From Kipferlia bialata (taxonomy: Eukaryota): a DNA stretch of 35,466 bases. Of this stretch, positions 30,401 through 35,466 are shown piece after piece; the stretch's first letter is position 1, and each line of letters starts with the position of its first letter. A model generated the notes under the pieces. It was not told the origin of the DNA, made no database searches, and saw only the letters and a list, made by a program, of their open reading frames with translations. The stretch covers positions 4,808-40,273 of the forward strand of contig BDIP01000034.1 in assembly GCA_003568945.1 (NCBI GenBank). The letters run 5' to 3'. The position numbers and the translations under genes were made by a program.

Positions 30401-33400
30401 ACACCCTAGGGGAGACGCTTAGACATGTACTGACCCACAACACTGTACCTGCTGTGACAAGTGGGGGTATAGTGCCACGCTTCCTGGCTCTCCCTAGACC
30501 AGATCTGGTGGAGGGGGAGATACTCTTTGAGGCACAGGTCAGTGTTTCTCTATTCTGTACTCTAGCATAGGTCTCATTCTGACATATCGTATTAGTGTTT
30601 TTTTCATTCTCTTTGAGGCATAGGTGGATACTATCGAGGGACGAATACTCTAATACATTCACCAGATATGTATATTAGTATGTATGTATATATACATACT
30701 CCTTGAGGCACAGGTGAGAATAGGTCTATTATGTAATATCATGTCAGTGTATATCAATATTTGTATATAGAGTTGCAGTTATAACCTCAGGTGATATCGC
30801 GCATGAGAGGCACCCGTCAGTATCAGTATCTTCTATTGTGTACATATGTATATATATTGTGTTGTTTTATCGCCAGGTGATATCCCGCATGAGAGGCACA
30901 CTGAGAGCAGAGGGAGAGAGAGAGAGAGAGCTGTCCGAGGATGACACTGGCAACCCTTCTCTTCTCAACCTGTGGTCTGTGGTGGATACAGTCCTCTGGG
31001 TTGCAGCATCACCTGGGTTTGCAGAGGTACGGTATATGTATGTACATGAATATACATATTCCATATATGATACAGTGCTCTGGGTGGCGGCATCACCTGG
31101 GTTTGCCGAGGTATATATGTGGAGACATATGTTAGTACATCTCATTCAAACATGATACACTGTCGTATTTCTTCTATTTATTGTCTCGATAGATGTTCTA
31201 ACTCTCAGAAGCGTTCCCTTGTGATGCCTGGTGTAGCCTTGTCTCTGGTTGAGCTGATGGCTGATATCTACCAGGTATGATGATACTGATACTGATACTG
31301 ATGACTCTTATACTACCATAGTCAGACAGTGATACTATTTTGATATTATTTACTAAGATATACAGATACTCTAAAGATGTTCGGGATATTGCACAATTGA
31401 TTGTTGTAAATTCTCTGACTGACACTGATGCTGGGACCATGGCTACGACCTCTTCCTATAGACAGGATTTATTGTTATTCAGACTTTTACTGCTATTGAT
31501 ACTCATTATTAGGACCACGGTCATGACCTCTTCCTGTAACCCATTATATAATGATATATATCCATACATATATATATATATATAGATATAGATACACTTG
31601 GGTAGTTCGTATTCATAGTTAGGACCACGGCCATGACCTCTTCCTATGGCCCTCGGGTAAAGAGTACCAGGGGGCCAAGTGCCCTGACACCTTCCAGAAG
31701 GCACTCACCACCAAGAACGCGTATGGGGAGAGAGAGGTTGTGGACGAGAGGAGTGTCTGTGAGACATTTGCCAACCCAAGGGCATTCATGACACAGGTAA
31801 CGTTACATACCCAGCATTTATCTTTCACTATCATACATAGATATGCATAGCAATTTTTCCATACATTCACACTATGTTGGCCACCATTGTTAATGAAACT
31901 GGTGGTTGGGTGTCTCTGACCCTGCAGATCACGACCCTCAACGACATTGAGAGGGACAGGCAGATCAGGCAGCAGACATCAGGTACATTGTCACTAAAGT
32001 TCTTTGTATTCTCTGGAGTGTTTTGCTATCCCAACCTCAGGTGCCGACCCCACCCCCTCCGAGGGCGTGGTGGATAGGGTCATTGGGAGGCGCTTTGTCC
32101 TGTTCTTCATGTCCCTACTGGGACACGTGTCACAGGTACCCATTTATATATATACCATCATTCATTAAGGTGTGTTGTGTAGTTGTGTGAGTATTTTGAA
32201 AATACTATTTTCTCTCTTTGGAAACGGACATCAGTTTACTAACATATTGATTGAGAACATCCCCGCCCACGTCCACCGTATGTACACACATGATACATAT
32301 ATATATGATACATATATTTATATATATACATATATGTAGTATTTTCGTCTCTCTCTCTCACCCAGATTGAGAACATCCCCGCCCACATCCACCGTGTGCA
32401 TAGACTCCTAGCCTCTGTGGACAGTGCTGCAGTGTCAGGCATAGATGCAGTCAACATAGTCCAAGGGGTCAAGGCACTCATAGCCATGTACACAAGGTAT
32501 GTGTATGTGTATATCTATATATATGTATATATATATGTATAGTTATCTAGTGCAGGGGGTCAAGGCACTCATAGCCGTGTACACAAGGTGCATATTCATA
32601 TATACACGTCGTTGTTAAGGTGTCTGAGTAAGGGTTCTCTTATTACATTAATAGTTACACTATAATTGTCACTCTCACCGTCTAGGGCTGATTTCTGCCT
32701 TGACGCAGTATCAGTATCCGAACGTATATTTATATGCTTTCCCGGTGTGTATATACCACTGCTTACCCTCCAGGGCTGGTTTCTGCCTTGATGCAGGTGA
32801 CCTCGCCACCCTGAGTCACATCACCAACCACCTTCTGTGTAGGACAGGCACAGAGACACAGACTAAGGGAGAGAGAGAGGGGACTGACAACTCCCTCCTC
32901 TTCCTCCACTCCATTGGCCTTCTGATACTGTCAGTCCTGAGTGTGGAGGTGAGGGGATTGGATATTCAATTGGTGTACTATAGGATACATCATATACATT
33001 ACATATAACTCATCAATACTGACCCAACAGATGCCGCCTGATGCGACTGAGGAGTTGAGTTCCCTTGTATCAGTGGCTGTACAGTTTGTGAGGGTTGCTG
33101 TGGACACCCTCGAGGAGATTGGAGACAGACGCTCTGCATACACAGAGAGGGCCAAGAATAAGGGTGCAGCAGGAGAGGGAGAGAGAGAGGGCATGGCGAG
33201 CCCGTCCGGGGAGGAGGAGGAGGATCAGAGTGAGGAGTACACTGCCTCTAGCACTGGGGGTGTGCTGTGCTGTGACACCCTCCCATGCTGTGAGAGCACT
33301 CTCTCCCCCTTGTACCCCCTTGAGATGTCGCTGTCTCTGTCGCTGTGTGAGGTGACAAGTAAGGTGGGTGGTGCATTTCTTTCTCCTGGTGTATGGGTCT

Positions 33401-33743
33401 CTCTCTCTCTCTCAATATGAAAATTTGTGTGTGTTGGTCTAACATTCAGGTCCTCGACCGCGCCTCTGCCCTCAATGCATCCACAGCCACAGCATCAGAG
33501 ATCGAGGGGCTCAGCTTCAGATTCCTCAACAGGTACTTGTTCAACAATGAGTGCAACAGTTCACAATGAGACATAATCTTCCAATACATTTCTAGTACTC
33601 TTTGTACAGTCATTGTAAATTTCCTGTGCATTTTGTCTTCTCACCATAGGATATCCGTGTCCCTCCAGAACAAGAGTGTTACATCACATGTGGCCGAGAG
33701 CATACAGTCAGCCGCAAAGACACAGCTGCTAAACAGCGAGTGA
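17116..33743 (+). CDS. Very large (about 2700 aa, about 45 exons) mostly alpha-helical protein; tentatively a Nup188-like scaffold nucleoporin; 5' end incomplete
   Basis: Exons chain with consistent phases from about 17507 to the TGA at 33741-33743, for example 18329-18469, 18779-18872, 22146-22220, 23402-23546, 23745-23828, 25358-25902, 26210-26794, 28723-29291, 29962-30537 and 33650-33743. The first exons (17116-17500) are uncertain. The gene is well supported but the family identity is weak. Confidence 0.78.
18964..19245 (+). repeat. Three intronic echoes of the 3' half of exon 18779-18872
   Basis: CTGTCCATG(G/A)CAGC...GTGGCTA...AC.(C/G)A(G/A)|GT at about 18964, 19087 and 19192. Confidence 0.95.
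20088..20354 (+). repeat. About five intronic echoes of the exon end at 20016-20047
   Basis: Variants of CCACTGACAGAGGCACTGCTGGAGCACACTAG at about 20088, 20128, 20188, 20273 and 20320. Confidence 0.92.
24454..24492. repeat. (TA)n microsatellite, representative of many intronic ones (also about 17873-17932, 18876-18961, 22657-22745, 23566-23600)
   Basis: Read directly. Confidence 0.95.
28095..28136 (+). repeat. 9-bp tandem repeat (TCATGTATA)x4.7 inside an intron
   Basis: Read directly; it produces the artefactual YHVYHV translation in the ORF track. Confidence 0.95.
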
Positions 33744-34398
33744 TTACAATAGATACTCTAGAGGGTCAAGATGTCAACAACCCAGTCAGACGTTGAGTCA
33801 CCAATTAGTAGAACAGACCATGCGGTTTGCTCCACTGCATTCTCATATTGCACAACCCGATGTAGCGGTATACTATCAACTATAGTCTATTTCCACCGTA
33901 TTCCATTGACACTACTGCATATATAGGCGCCCTCAGGTCGAGGCATACCGGTTTCCTATCTGGCACACGAATATGTGAAATTAGTCCCCTCGGTCAGTAA
34001 CGATGTATTTGCAGGTGCATTTTGTACCTCGTAGTACAGGAGGGGGTGCTTGAAAATGAAGTGTGTATGTTACACTGTTAATTACAGTCTGTAATCACAC
34101 TACAATACTTTGTAACTATCCAATACAACTGAACAACGGGTGATTACGATATATATGCGGTGGTCATTCCGTAGGATTGTAGTTCGGAGCCAATACTGAA
34201 GGTTTCAAGTTGACAATTTGAAGCCTTCAATTTTAGGGTATGTTTTACTAATACATTTGTGTGGTACGGCAGCAGTTACCTTAGAACCACAACTGATCTT
34301 CTTACCACCATACCAACACAGGATATCCAAACGTCAGGGAGTGACAAATACATGTACTAAACACCAATGTTGACAATATGCCATCCTATTCAATAGCA

Positions 34399-34433
34399 CC
34401 TTGAATGGCCCATTCAAGGCTTGAATGGGCCAT
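34399..34433. repeat. Overlapping inverted repeats
   Basis: CCTTGAATGG-C-CCATTCAAGG (34399-34419) overlaps ATGGCCCATTCAAG-G-CTTGAATGGGCCAT (34405-34433). Confidence 0.9.
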
Positions 34434-35466
34434 CCACTCAAGATATCGGTACACACTTGAATAGTTGCTCTTACTTTTCTATGTCTGATTGGGACAAACA
34501 TATACGGGCATAGAGGCTTCATTGCAGTCTCCAGTCAGTTTCACGGCAGGGTGTTCTGTAGGACATTGCTACTAGCCGTTCTTGACAAATGGCAGTAATC
34601 TCTTGGTACAACAGCTGTAGGGTGGTAGTAGTTCCTTCCCAAACAAGTAGCCCACGTGCTCGCACAACGGTGCTAGGCATTGGTGATAACACATTTCTGG
34701 CTACTTCAGACAATGGGGGAGTAGACAGGTATGCCACGTATACAATATCTACCATAGTAGATACTTAGAATACTACAAATACCTTCTAATTGTTCTACCA
34801 CATACGGTCTAATTTTCTATTTCTGTTACTAGTGCAGCGTGACCCTCCGGGTCACCAGTGTGGCATATATGAATACAAACTCCCCTGGCCAGTACATATG
34901 CATTGATTCATTTATCTCTCCACATCTTATCAAGTGTTATGTGTGGTAGAATGCCAATACCGTCCTTGGACAGTCTACTTAGCGTGAGCAATAACATACC
35001 GTAATATATATAACCATTGCTATGCCTTACAGTATCAACCGGTGTCATAGGTATGTAGTGTGACCCTCTGAGTAGCCAGTATTGATATATATTAATATAT
35101 ATTGGTATAAGGTATACACAGCTCCTAGGAATATACGCTATCTCTACAAATACAGTATATATATACTCATATATATACAGTATATGATATACTCCATCCC
35201 AAGTATTTGCTGAATGTAGGGTCAGTTGTATCCAATGACATTCTGCCAAACGTGACCAATACAATACTAAGAAAGCCTTTCTTAGAAAGGCATATATGTG
35301 CTGATATGTCATGTTCTCTCACAATATCCTAGGGTGGCAGTCCTGACAAAACTGTTATGGATACTTGTCATGTGACATACATCTACAGTTTGGAAACTAC
35401 CTCTGTGAACACTAAACCCTTGCCAAAAACACATGTATATATCAGCCAGTGTTGATTATTGCATCG

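Noticed and set aside
34334..35312. Short minus-strand ORFs (62, 78 and 134 aa) as genes or a transposon
   Set aside because: No recognisable motifs or convincing splice chain.

Overview
Eukaryotic, intron-rich genomic DNA, so the ORF track fragments almost every gene. Introns are short GT-AG with a CT(A/G/C)AC branch motif close to a (C)CCAG/YAG acceptor, (TA)n runs fill the longer introns, and the proteins are E/R/G-rich. The style resembles a free-living fornicate such as Kipferlia (an impression, not verified). Manual splicing gives: a bacterial-type CPDC glutaredoxin (485-1393, +); an RI-like LRR protein with one repeat per exon (1959-6133, +); a 25-exon, >1450-aa Ser/Thr kinase-LRR-Kelch-like fusion (13696-7086, -); a partial coiled-coil protein (14072-15531, +); a GC-rich YgeY-like M20 hydrolase (16762-15746, -); and a roughly 2700-aa alpha-helical protein, possibly Nup188-like (17116-33743, +). 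Two N gaps hide four gene starts. The most striking signal is more than 30 intronic 'echoes' of the neighbouring exon's edge. Most keep the splice site on the same side as the parent edge, and the best-aligned ones differ mainly at synonymous positions. The glutaredoxin also shows an apparent intron gain beside an intron-less copy of the same junction.
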